Assembly (NCBI GenBank): GCA_002309855.1
Contig: DBYD01000031.1
Span: 60,723-124,722, forward strand
Length of the DNA stretch: 64,000 nucleotides
Reading direction: 5' to 3'
From: Bacteroidales bacterium UBA1195
GTDB lineage: Bacteria > Bacteroidota > Bacteroidia > Bacteroidales > WCHB1-69
The translations under genes were made by a program, and so were the position numbers. This document shows positions 43,503-52,436 of this stretch, piece after piece. Under the pieces are notes generated by a model. That model was not told the origin of the DNA, ran no database searches, and was given only the letters and a program-made list of their open reading frames with translations. Within the stretch, counting starts at the first letter, position 1, and every line of letters starts with the position of its first letter.

Positions 43503-44774
43503 ATGGTGAAACGATTATTGATTTTGGCAGCTTTGCTTGCGGTATCGGTTGTGGTATCTGCCCAGGATAAAGTCAAGAAGGTGGCTGTGCTCAAGGTTGT
43601 CGATGAATATGATGCCGTATCGCCGGGCATAAAACTCAACCTGCGGCAGACCCTGACCGTCGCCATCAACGATATGGAAGGCTATGAGGCCTATACCCGT
43701 GTCAATACGTCGGCTATCAGGGATGAACACGCCTTTGAACGATCCGGCTATGTCAGTGACGATGAGATAAAGGAACTCGGACGGATGAACAGTGTTGATT
43801 ATGTGCTGGTGGCCGAGGTCGCTCCATATAGTGATGGTTACGTCACTTTGACCGCTTCCATATACAATGTGGTTACCGGGCGTATCTTCAAGGCATCGGA
43901 GGGCAAAATAACCTCAACAGATCCCACGAAGATGCCGCAATCGGCCAGGGAGGTTGCCCACACGCTTCTCAAGGGACGCCGACAGGGAGAATTGGTGTCG
44001 GGTGGATACGGATCTGCGGGCAACACCACCACGCAGCGCGGCCAGGATTTCACGGAGACAGCTTTCGGCATCAACATGCGGATGGTATATGTGGAGGGCG
44101 GCACCTTCACCATGGGCTGTACAGGTGAGCAGGGTAGTGATTGCTACGATAACGAGTCCCCAAATAGGCAGACCACTGTCAGTTCATACTACATTGGTAT
44201 GTTGGAGGTGACACAGAGCCAATGGGAGAAAGTGATGGGAACTTCCATTTATCAGCAGCAGTCCAAAGCAAATGCTTCGAAAACCTATGACACCGGTGCC
44301 GACTACCCGATGTATGGTGTGAGTTGGAAGGAGGCGAAGGAGTTTTGCACCCGCCTAAGTCGTCAGACAGGAAGGAACTATACACTGCCCACCGAGGCGG
44401 AGTGGGAGTATGCCGCCCGTGGTGGGAAGAAAAACGAAGGGACGAAGTACAGTGGGGGCTGGAGTGTAGGTGATGTGGCGTGGTATGATGGAAACAGCGG
44501 CAGTTCCACGCATCCGTGTGGAACCAAGCGTCCAAATGCGCTTGGCATCTACGACATGAGCGGCAACGTATGGGAGTGGTGCGAGGACTGGTATGGCAGC
44601 AAATACCTGCAGTATGACAATAACAACCCCAAAGGTGCCAGTTCAGGCGGCTGCCGCGTGTTGCGCGGCGGTTGCTGGAACAACAGCGCAAGGGACTGCC
44701 GTGTTTCGAATCGGAGCTACTTCACTCCTGGCAGCCGGTTCAACGGCTACGGGTTTCGCGTTGTCCTCCATTAG
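43503..44774 (+). CDS. Lipoprotein paralogue F7: CsgG/LpoB-like N-domain + FGE-sulfatase C-domain
   Basis: ATG 43503 gives MVKRLLILAALLAVSVVVSAQ. The FGE block is of the F2/F5 type. Confidence 0.8.
   Translation: MVKRLLILAALLAVSVVVSAQDKVKKVAVLKVVDEYDAVSPGIKLNLRQTLTVAINDMEGYEAYTRVNTSAIRDEHAFERSGYVSDDEIKELGRMNSVDYVLVAEVAPYSDGYVTLTASIYNVVTGRIFKASEGKITSTDPTKMPQSAREVAHTLLKGRRQGELVSGGYGSAGNTTTQRGQDFTETAFGINMRMVYVEGGTFTMGCTGEQGSDCYDNESPNRQTTVSSYYIGMLEVTQSQWEKVMGTSIYQQQSKANASKTYDTGADYPMYGVSWKEAKEFCTRLSRQTGRNYTLPTEAEWEYAARGGKKNEGTKYSGGWSVGDVAWYDGNSGSSTHPCGTKRPNALGIYDMSGNVWEWCEDWYGSKYLQYDNNNPKGASSGGCRVLRGGCWNNSARDCRVSNRSYFTPGSRFNGYGFRVVLH
44652..44774 (+). other. VR-like hypervariable 3' block of F7
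   Basis: Hypervariable codons are TGC, TGC, AAC, AAC, AGC, GAC, AAT, AGC, TAC, TTC, AGC, TTC, AAC, GGC, TAC. Confidence 0.7.
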
Positions 44775-44775
44775 T

Positions 44776-44808
44776 TTAGTATGACAGATGGATTTCAGTC
44801 GTAGTAAA
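44776..44808 (-). repeat. Inverted copy of the ~32-nt post-stop element
   Basis: TTAGTATGACAGATGGATTTCAGTCGTAGTAAA aligns with the reverse complement of the element found after F1, F2, F4, F5 and F6 (TTAGTATGACTGATGGATTTTTTCGTAGCAAA). About 29 of 33 positions match with one small indel. A direct-orientation alignment gives only about a third identity. Confidence 0.7.
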
Positions 44809-44997
44809 CAGGTTCGTGTCGGGTTTGGCATTGCCAAACGAAAAGGAGCGGTCGGGAACCGTCTGTATGCCGGTGCTGGTAGCCGTTGCAGGGTCGTTAC
44901 AGAACCGGATTACTGCATCGGCGAAGGCTCCGGTGATGAGATATGTTCCAATCCCACCCCCGCTTCATCCGGCAGGTTTTGATTAAAATAATTCAAT

Positions 44998-46491
44998 ATG
45001 AAACAATTCTTTACATTCATCCTTGCATTTTTGTTCGCCTCCAATGCCTTTGCTCAGGTGAACCGCGACGCGTTTGACCAACAGCGGCAGAAGATGCGCG
45101 AGCAGTATGAGCAGAAGAAAAATCAGATGCAGCGGCAGTATGACGATGCGCGTAAAAAGGCGGAAGCGGAATACGCAGCCTTCCGCAAGAAGGCCAACGA
45201 GGAGTATGCCGAGGCGGTGAAAAAAGCCTGGCAGCAGATGGGTGTCCAGCCTGCCGTGCCGAAACCAAAAGAGCCGGAGCCACCTCGTCCGCCTGCACCT
45301 GTTCCCGACAAGGAACCTACTACCGACCCGCTGCCGCAGGGTGAAGTGGAGCCATTGCCGGAGGTCAAACCTCCAGTGCCTGCGCCGCCTATTCCCGAAC
45401 CGGAGCCTGAGGTGCCAGTAATGCGGTTCAGCCTGTATGGCACCGGCTGCAGCGTTCATGCCGATGCCGGGCAGCTACGTTTCAAGCTGGCATCGGTTGA
45501 TGAAAATGGGGCGGCGGCGGCCTGGCAAACATTGTCGCAGGAGAAATACGACGGGCTGTTGCACGATTGTCTGGCACTGCGTGACCGGCTGCATCTTGGG
45601 GATTGGGGCTATCTATGCCTGCTGCAGTCTGCAACGGAGCAATTGCTTGGCAGTGGCAGCAACGAGGCTGTGCTGCTGCAGATGTACCTGCTGACCCAGT
45701 CCGGTTACCGTGTGCGCCTTGCCAAGGCGGACGGACGTTTTGTCCTGTTGGTGCCTTTCAGCCATACGGTCTATAATTATTCTTATGTGCCCATAGATGG
45801 ATTGAAGCATTATCTGCTCCGTCCCGGTAAGGGCGGCAGCGTGCAGGTCTGCAAAGTGGCTTTTCCACGTGAGCAGGTGGCAAACATCCTGTTGGCGGAA
45901 CTGCCCGCCTTGGAGCATAATATGCAACCTGGGCGCACCTTTTCGGCCAAACGTTTTGGCACGATGCGGGCGGAGGTCTCGGTGGACAAAAGCCTTGTGG
46001 ATTTCATGAACGATTATCCGTTGAGCGGAGCCTGGGAATGCTACGCCCGTACCGGTTTGAGCGAAAACGTAAAGTCAACCCTCTATCCGGCGTTGCGCAG
46101 TCAGATTGAAGGCAAAAGCAAAAAAAAGGCCGCACTCATGCTTCTGGATTTTGTACAGTCAGCCTTTGCCTATGCCACTGATCAGGAGCAGTTCGGCTAC
46201 GAGAGGCCCCTGTTCGGGGATGAGAGCTTCCATTATCCCAAGAACGACTGTGAGGACCGTTCCATCCTCTACAGCATTCTGGTGCGCGACCTTTTGGGGC
46301 TGGATGCGGTGCTTGTGAACTGGCCAGGACATCTGGCCACGGCGGTGGCCTTTCCGGAAGAGGTGGAGGGCGACTATTTCACCATAGACGGCCGCCGTTA
46401 TACGGTGTGCGACCCAACCTATATCGGTGCCTCAATTGGGGAGACTATGCCGCAGTTCAAGAAGGTGGAGGCCAAACTGATAAAGTTATGA
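44998..46491 (+). CDS. Secreted protein: coiled coil + Pro-rich linker + transglutaminase-like (papain-fold) C-domain
   Basis: Signal MKQFFTFILAFLFASNAFAQ, a K/E/Q-rich helix and a PxP-rich stretch. A candidate Cys-His-Asp triad is present (NDCEDRSILY...WPGHLATAV...VCDPT). Confidence 0.6.
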   Translation: MKQFFTFILAFLFASNAFAQVNRDAFDQQRQKMREQYEQKKNQMQRQYDDARKKAEAEYAAFRKKANEEYAEAVKKAWQQMGVQPAVPKPKEPEPPRPPAPVPDKEPTTDPLPQGEVEPLPEVKPPVPAPPIPEPEPEVPVMRFSLYGTGCSVHADAGQLRFKLASVDENGAAAAWQTLSQEKYDGLLHDCLALRDRLHLGDWGYLCLLQSATEQLLGSGSNEAVLLQMYLLTQSGYRVRLAKADGRFVLLVPFSHTVYNYSYVPIDGLKHYLLRPGKGGSVQVCKVAFPREQVANILLAELPALEHNMQPGRTFSAKRFGTMRAEVSVDKSLVDFMNDYPLSGAWECYARTGLSENVKSTLYPALRSQIEGKSKKKAALMLLDFVQSAFAYATDQEQFGYERPLFGDESFHYPKNDCEDRSILYSILVRDLLGLDAVLVNWPGHLATAVAFPEEVEGDYFTIDGRRYTVCDPTYIGASIGETMPQFKKVEAKLIKL

Positions 46492-47201
46492 GAAAAGAAA
46501 TAATGGTTTTGGCATTGGTTCCCTTTCTGTTGGTGGCGGGTTGTCATCGCCGCGACAAAAAGGATGTTCGCCCGGAGTCTGTTCCGCCGTGTGAGGAGGT
46601 GACGGAACATAAGGACACTGTATCGGTGGAGGCGGATTCATTGGTGAAAACTTCAAAAAAATTAACAGTTTCCGACCTCTACCAGTTGCAGCTGGACAGT
46701 GCGGAAGTCACCAACCTGCGTCTTATGGGACGCAAACAGCGTGTCATTTACCGTTCCAGGCAGCTTTGGGGCAAATGGCAGCGTGGCAGCGAACATGTTG
46801 TTTTCCGGAACGACAGCACCGGTCTGATGTGGGATTTCTCCGATGATGTTTCCCGCGAGGAGGCGCAGCACTTCACTTGGAGCATGGACAGCAATATGCT
46901 GCTGCTTGTTTTCAGAATGGAACGGGGAGCGTTGGTGCCGAAGCTGTATCTCGTCACCTTTGCCGATGATGAGAGCCTGGCCTATAGCGATGCCTATGGG
47001 AATGCCTTCCTGTGGGATAGGGACACAACTGTCCGGGTGGCCTTTGCAGACGGTTTCTTATCCAAAAAAGATTCATTATCTCCTATAGTGTCCGCGCATG
47101 GAAAGCACCAGGACAAGTACCAAATTATCATGAATTTGGTATATAATCCGATCTTTTCTGTTGATTCTCCGGGACCAGCAGCCTGCGAGATCTCCTACTA
47201 A
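46488..47201 (+). CDS. Hypothetical lipoprotein
   Basis: ATG 46488 overlaps the upstream stop as ATGA and gives MRKEIMVLALVPFLLVAGC (lipobox). Its last 126 nt overlap the convergent YoeB gene, so the 3' end may be altered. Confidence 0.55.
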   Translation: MRKEIMVLALVPFLLVAGCHRRDKKDVRPESVPPCEEVTEHKDTVSVEADSLVKTSKKLTVSDLYQLQLDSAEVTNLRLMGRKQRVIYRSRQLWGKWQRGSEHVVFRNDSTGLMWDFSDDVSREEAQHFTWSMDSNMLLLVFRMERGALVPKLYLVTFADDESLAYSDAYGNAFLWDRDTTVRVAFADGFLSKKDSLSPIVSAHGKHQDKYQIIMNLVYNPIFSVDSPGPAACEISY

Positions 47202-47345
47202 TTGCTCCGGTTTCCCAGTGCCTGTGCGCGGGTGCAAGGCCATCTCTTCAAGCAGCCTCTGTATTTTCCTTTTTGTGGCGGGATCTCCGTTTTCCTTCCA
47301 CCATTCAATGTCCTTTTGGGCATCAGGGGTGTATGCTATTTCCAT
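47076..47345 (-). CDS. Txe/YoeB-family type II toxin
   Basis: KIQRLLEEM...GTGKPEQLVGDLAGCWSRRINRKDRIIYQI...MRGHY is the YoeB/Txe pattern. 89 aa. Confidence 0.8.
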   Translation of the reverse strand: MEIAYTPDAQKDIEWWKENGDPATKRKIQRLLEEMALHPRTGTGKPEQLVGDLAGCWSRRINRKDRIIYQIHDNLVLVLVLSMRGHYRR

Positions 47346-47539
47346 AAGTCAGCGGTTCCAATGATTTTGTAGTCGCCTTTTTGAAAAGCCTCCTGTCCTC
47401 TTTTGATTTTGCATACCATTTCGGGGTCGTAGCTTTCATTTTCCGCCACTTCCCTTACATCTTCAAATTTAAGCAAGGCTGAAATGAGTGCCTTTATCGC
47501 TTTGTTTCGTCCGTCATATTCTATGGTTATCGTTTCCAT
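47336..47539 (-). CDS. Cognate antitoxin (small, DUF2683-like)
   Basis: 67 aa from METITIEYDGRNKAIKALI. It overlaps the toxin start by 10 nt. The longer track ORF adds 22 unlikely codons. Confidence 0.6.
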   Translation of the reverse strand: METITIEYDGRNKAIKALISALLKFEDVREVAENESYDPEMVCKIKRGQEAFQKGDYKIIGTADLWK

Positions 47540-47731
47540 GATAGTCTGTTTTTTTCCTTCAAAAACCAAAAAGTAATTGATTTGCAAAAATAGCCTTTTT
47601 TCCAATACGCATCATTAAAAAGTACATGAAAAAAAAGATTGCTGCAAAATAAAAGTTATTCGGTTTTCGCGACGGTTCTGTATTGATTTTTCAAGTACTT
47701 TTGCAACTTTGTTTTTGTGTAGAGGAAAAAC

Positions 47732-50584
47732 ATGGCAACTACGTTTGAAGGCGAAGAGAAGGAGTTGGTTATCAAGGGGGCACGTGTGCACAACCTTAAA
47801 AATATTGATGTCACCATCCCCAGGAACCGGCTTGTTGTGATTACAGGACTTTCCGGATCCGGCAAATCATCCCTCGCTTTCGACACCATCTATGCTGAAG
47901 GCCAGCGCAGGTATATGGAGACATTCTCCTCCTATGCCCGTCATTTTATCGGGGATATGATCCGTCCGGATGTGGACAAGATAACAGGTCTGAGTCCGGT
48001 AATCGCCATTGAGCAGAAGACGGTAAACCGCAGCCCGCGCTCCACGGTCGGCACAGTGACGGAGATCTATGATTTTTTGCGCCTGCTTTATGCGCGTGTC
48101 TCCACCGCCTATTCATATCATACTGGGGAGCCGATGGTGCGATATACGGAAACGCAGATTGTCAATCTGATTATGGAGCGCTATTCCGGAAAAAAAATCC
48201 ATTTGCTTTCACCACTTGTGCGTGGAAGGAAGGGGCACTATCGTGAAATTTTCCAGCAAATCCTTAAATGGGGTTTCCTCTATGCACGCATAGACGGAAT
48301 TGTGCAGGAGGTGCTGGTCAGGATGCAGGTCGACCGCTACAAGACTCATAATATCGAGATGGTGGTTGACACTCTGGAGGTAAGGGAGGAGAACAGGCAG
48401 CGGCTGGTCAAATCCGTACAGACCGCCATGAAATTTGGGAAGGGCACCATGATGGTCCTGGATGTCACAAAGGTTGAACCCAAGCTGTTCAGCCGTTTCC
48501 TTATGTGTCCGACCACCGGCATATCCTATCCCGAACCGGAAGCCAACACCTTTTCTTTCAATTCCCCTTATGGCGCATGCCCCCATTGTCACGGTTTGGG
48601 GGAGGTGGTGGCGGTCGATTTCAACAAGCTGGTGCCAAATCCGGAAAAAAGCATCCGCGAAGGCGGGTTGGCTCCGTTGGGGAAATACAAGTCCAACTGG
48701 ATGTTCCGTCAGATTGAACAGATGGCGCGCTATGAGGGCTTCACGCTGGACACCCCCATTGCGGAGATTCCCGAGGAGTCGCTCAACCGTATTTTGTATG
48801 GTTCGGAAAGTCCGATGTCAATAAATGATTCGGATGGGGAAGGTGAGGCCGTTGCCGTTTCCGACGGTTTTGAGGGCATTGTCAACTTCATCCTGTCCCA
48901 GAACACTGAGGAGGCTCCGGCCAACATCCGTAAGTGGGCGCAGCAGTTCATGCACACCCGTCCATGTGAGGCCTGTAACGGCACACGCCTGAAAAAGGAG
49001 GTGCTCCATTTCCGAATCGGAGACCGCTCCATTGCCGACTTGTCGGCCATGGATCTTGTCAGGCTGCATGAATGGATGCTGCATGTGAACGATTACTTGG
49101 ATGAGAGCAGGCAGTTGATAGCCAAAGATATTGTTAAGGAAATCATGGGGCGGCTGGATCTGCTGCTCTATCTGGGCATCGACTACCTTTGCCTGAACCG
49201 TTCCTCCCAAACCCTGTCGGGCGGGGAGGCGCAGCGCATCCGGCTGGCCACCCAAATCGGTTCGAGGCTGGTGAATGTGCTCTACATTCTGGATGAACCC
49301 AGCATAGGTCTGCACCAGCGGGACAACAACCGGCTCATCACCGCGCTGAAGAGGCTGCGTGATGCCGGCAATTCCGTGATTGTGGTGGAGCATGACCGCG
49401 ACACCATGCGTGCCGCCGATTATATTGTGGACATAGGCCCCGATGCCGGTTTGCGCGGAGGACATGTTCTTTCCGCAGGCAGTTATGCCGATTTGCTCCG
49501 TTCCGGTTCGCTTACGGCCGATTATCTGAACGGTGTGCGCCGGATAGGGTTGCCGAAAAAGCGGCGTCGTGGCAACGGGGATTCCTTGTGGTTGCGTGGA
49601 GCCTGTGGCAACAACTTGAAGGAGATAGATGTCCGTTTCCCGTTAGGGACTTTCATCTGCGTCACCGGTGTGTCTGGTAGCGGCAAATCCTCCCTGATAA
49701 ACGGAACCCTTTTCCCAATCCTTAACCACGCACTCTACCGTGCCGAAAAGAAACCGCTACCATACAGGGCGGTTGAAGGGCTTGAGCATATTGACAAGGT
49801 GATAGAGATTGACCAGCTTCCGATCGGGCGCACACCGCGTTCCAATCCGGCCACATATATCGGGGTGTTTGATGAAATCCGGAAACTGTATGCCTCGCTC
49901 CCTGAAGCAAAAGTTCGCAATTATGCCGTGGGACGTTTCTCATTCAATGTTCCCGGCGGCCGTTGTGAAACCTGTAAGGGGTCGGGCATGCGCACCATTG
50001 AAATGAATTTCCTTCCGGATGTCTACGTGCATTGTGAGACATGCAACGGCAAAAGGTACAATCGCGAGACATTGGAGGTTCGCTATAAAGGAAAATCTAT
50101 CAGTGATGTGCTGGAGATGAATGTGAACGAGGCGGTGACATTTTTTGAGGGAATCCCCTCCATCGCCTACAAGCTGCGGGTGTTGCAGAAGGTAGGGCTG
50201 GGGTATCTGGCGTTGGGGCAGCCGTCCACCACATTGTCGGGCGGAGAGGCGCAGCGTATAAAGCTTTCGGCGGAGCTCAGCCGGAAGGATACTGGACATA
50301 CCTTTTACATTTTGGACGAACCGACCACCGGACTTCATTTTGAGGACATCCGCATTCTGCTGGAAGTGCTGCAGCAACTTGTCGAGAGGGGAAACACTGT
50401 TCTTGTTGTTGAGCACAACATGGATGTGATAAAAGTGGCGGACCACATTATTGACATGGGACCCGAAGGGGGAGAACGCGGAGGTTGCGTGGTGGCCTCC
50501 GGAACGCCTGAGCAGGTCGTTCGCAAAGGTGTAGGCTATACCGCCCAATATTTGAAGGAATACGTGGAACATGCGGAAGATTGA
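47732..50584 (+). CDS. uvrA: Excinuclease ABC subunit A
   Basis: Two ABC ATPase modules ([22 protein letters not shown]; LSGGEAQR x2; YILDEP x2) and zinc-finger cysteines. 950 aa. A TACTTTTG -7 box lies at ~47695-47702. Confidence 0.95.
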   Translation: MATTFEGEEKELVIKGARVHNLKNIDVTIPRNRLVVITGLSGSGKSSLAFDTIYAEGQRRYMETFSSYARHFIGDMIRPDVDKITGLSPVIAIEQKTVNRSPRSTVGTVTEIYDFLRLLYARVSTAYSYHTGEPMVRYTETQIVNLIMERYSGKKIHLLSPLVRGRKGHYREIFQQILKWGFLYARIDGIVQEVLVRMQVDRYKTHNIEMVVDTLEVREENRQRLVKSVQTAMKFGKGTMMVLDVTKVEPKLFSRFLMCPTTGISYPEPEANTFSFNSPYGACPHCHGLGEVVAVDFNKLVPNPEKSIREGGLAPLGKYKSNWMFRQIEQMARYEGFTLDTPIAEIPEESLNRILYGSESPMSINDSDGEGEAVAVSDGFEGIVNFILSQNTEEAPANIRKWAQQFMHTRPCEACNGTRLKKEVLHFRIGDRSIADLSAMDLVRLHEWMLHVNDYLDESRQLIAKDIVKEIMGRLDLLLYLGIDYLCLNRSSQTLSGGEAQRIRLATQIGSRLVNVLYILDEPSIGLHQRDNNRLITALKRLRDAGNSVIVVEHDRDTMRAADYIVDIGPDAGLRGGHVLSAGSYADLLRSGSLTADYLNGVRRIGLPKKRRRGNGDSLWLRGACGNNLKEIDVRFPLGTFICVTGVSGSGKSSLINGTLFPILNHALYRAEKKPLPYRAVEGLEHIDKVIEIDQLPIGRTPRSNPATYIGVFDEIRKLYASLPEAKVRNYAVGRFSFNVPGGRCETCKGSGMRTIEMNFLPDVYVHCETCNGKRYNRETLEVRYKGKSISDVLEMNVNEAVTFFEGIPSIAYKLRVLQKVGLGYLALGQPSTTLSGGEAQRIKLSAELSRKDTGHTFYILDEPTTGLHFEDIRILLEVLQQLVERGNTVLVVEHNMDVIKVADHIIDMGPEGGERGGCVVASGTPEQVVRKGVGYTAQYLKEYVEHAED

Positions 50585-52421
50585 ACTGCTTAGTCCGGCC
50601 AAGGATGCCTTTTGTGGTATGGAGGCGGTGAAGCATGGTGCGGATGCCGTCTATATCGGTGCGCCACGTTTCAGTGCACGGGCTGCCGCAAGCAATTCCT
50701 GGGAGGATGTTGAACGGCTGGTACGCTTTGCACATCTGTACAGGGCCAAGGTGCATGTCGCCCTCAACACCATCTTGACAGATGCTGAGCTGGAGGAGGC
50801 GCACAAAATGGCTGTCCGTTGTTATGAGATGGGTGTTGACGCGCTGATTGTGCAGGATATGGGGCTGCTGCGGACGGATTTGCCTCCCATCGCACTCCAT
50901 GCAAGTACGCAGACCGATGTCCGGACAATAGAAAAGGTGCGTTTTTTGGCTGCTGCCGGTTTTCAGCGTGTGGTGCTTGCCCGAGAACTCTCATTGGCGG
51001 AAATTTCATCAATCCACAAGGCATGTCCTGTTGAGTTGGAGGCTTTCGTCCATGGTTCGCTATGTGTCTGCTATAGCGGACAATGTTACATGAGTTGCGT
51101 CTCTTGCGGACGTTCCGCCAACCGTGGGGAGTGCGCACAATACTGCCGTCTGCCGTATGACCTGACCGATGCTGATGGGCGCGTGCTGCAGCGAGGCAGG
51201 CACCTGCTGTCGCTGAAGGATATGGACCGTTCCGACTGTCTGGAGGAGATGCTTGAAGCCGGAATCACCTCCCTTAAGATTGAGGGCAGGCTCAAAGATG
51301 CGGATTATGTGAAAAATATCACCTTGTTTTACCGGAGGAAATTGGATGCCCTGATGGAAAGGTCGGATGGAAGGTATGGAAGAGCCTCATTGGGAACTGT
51401 GCATGCCACTTTTGAACCCAATCCGGAAAAAAGTTTCCATCGCGGCTCCACCGATTATTTCCTGCATGGTGTCCGTGGGGATATGGCCTCCATGGATAGT
51501 CCGAAATCGTATGGAGAAATGGTGGGTAAGGTAACTTCTGTGCACAAGAGTTTCCTGATCTGTGAAGGCAGTGTCGGGCTGCAAAACGGGGACGGCCTCT
51601 GTTTTGTGGATGCGCAGGGTGTCTTGCATGGGTTCAGAGTAAATATGGTAAGGGATGGCAAAATATTCCCGCAGAGAAAACCGCCCGGACTGGTGGTTGG
51701 CGTTACTCTTTACCGCAATGAAGACAGGCTGTTCCGTAAAAAAATGGACAGGGAGACGTCACAGCGGCGAATACCTCTGGAAATTCTCTTTTATGAGACA
51801 GAAACCGGCTTTTCACTTCAGCTGGCAGACGAGGAGGGGCATCGGGTGACTGTGGAGCGTCCTGCGCAAAAACAGCTGGCGGAGAATCCGGAAATGCTTT
51901 ATATCCAGTTGCGGAACCAGCTTTCAAAATTCGGACAGACGGAATTTGAAGCGACGATGCCTCAAATTCTGCTTCCACACCCTTGGTTTGTACCTGTATC
52001 ACTGCTTGGTGATATGCGGCGGGAGGCGACCGGACGACTGCAGGAGTTGCGTTCGGCTTGGCGTCCGGCGGATGTTTTCCGCAAGGAAACAGATATGCCT
52101 TATCCTTTTGAAAGAGATGACAGGCACTTGGATTACCGTGCCAACGTGATGAATATTAAGGCCAAAGAGTTTTATATGGAACATGGGGCCGCTACGGTGG
52201 ACTGGGCGATGGAGCATCCTGAACATGCTGCCGAGGAGATTCGGATGCTGATGCAATGCCGTTATTGTCTGCTTGATGCTCTGGGCGCCTGCAAAAAAAA
52301 CAAATCAGGGAATTCCCTACAATATCATGAACCGCTTTATCTGCAGCATGGGAGCCTACGCTACAGGTTGCAATTTGACTGCAGTGCCTGTGAAATGTAT
52401 GTGATTTCAGAACCAAAATAA
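50571..52421 (+). CDS. Peptidase U32 family protein
   Basis: N-terminal IELLSPAKD...AVKHGADAVYIG and the conserved E..VHG.LC.CYSGQC motif. 616 aa. Confidence 0.8.
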   Translation: MRKIELLSPAKDAFCGMEAVKHGADAVYIGAPRFSARAAASNSWEDVERLVRFAHLYRAKVHVALNTILTDAELEEAHKMAVRCYEMGVDALIVQDMGLLRTDLPPIALHASTQTDVRTIEKVRFLAAAGFQRVVLARELSLAEISSIHKACPVELEAFVHGSLCVCYSGQCYMSCVSCGRSANRGECAQYCRLPYDLTDADGRVLQRGRHLLSLKDMDRSDCLEEMLEAGITSLKIEGRLKDADYVKNITLFYRRKLDALMERSDGRYGRASLGTVHATFEPNPEKSFHRGSTDYFLHGVRGDMASMDSPKSYGEMVGKVTSVHKSFLICEGSVGLQNGDGLCFVDAQGVLHGFRVNMVRDGKIFPQRKPPGLVVGVTLYRNEDRLFRKKMDRETSQRRIPLEILFYETETGFSLQLADEEGHRVTVERPAQKQLAENPEMLYIQLRNQLSKFGQTEFEATMPQILLPHPWFVPVSLLGDMRREATGRLQELRSAWRPADVFRKETDMPYPFERDDRHLDYRANVMNIKAKEFYMEHGAATVDWAMEHPEHAAEEIRMLMQCRYCLLDALGACKKNKSGNSLQYHEPLYLQHGSLRYRLQFDCSACEMYVISEPK

Positions 52422-52436
52422 CACATAGTATATCAG

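Noticed and set aside
35502-44691. Minus-strand ORFs of 137-301 aa (35502-36329, 39568-40434, 41442-41855, 42467-43372, 44179-44691) and plus-strand alternative-frame ORFs inside the FGE paralogues
   Set aside because: They are antisense or alternative frames of GC-rich, strongly supported FGE-domain genes. They recur only because the underlying genes are paralogous.
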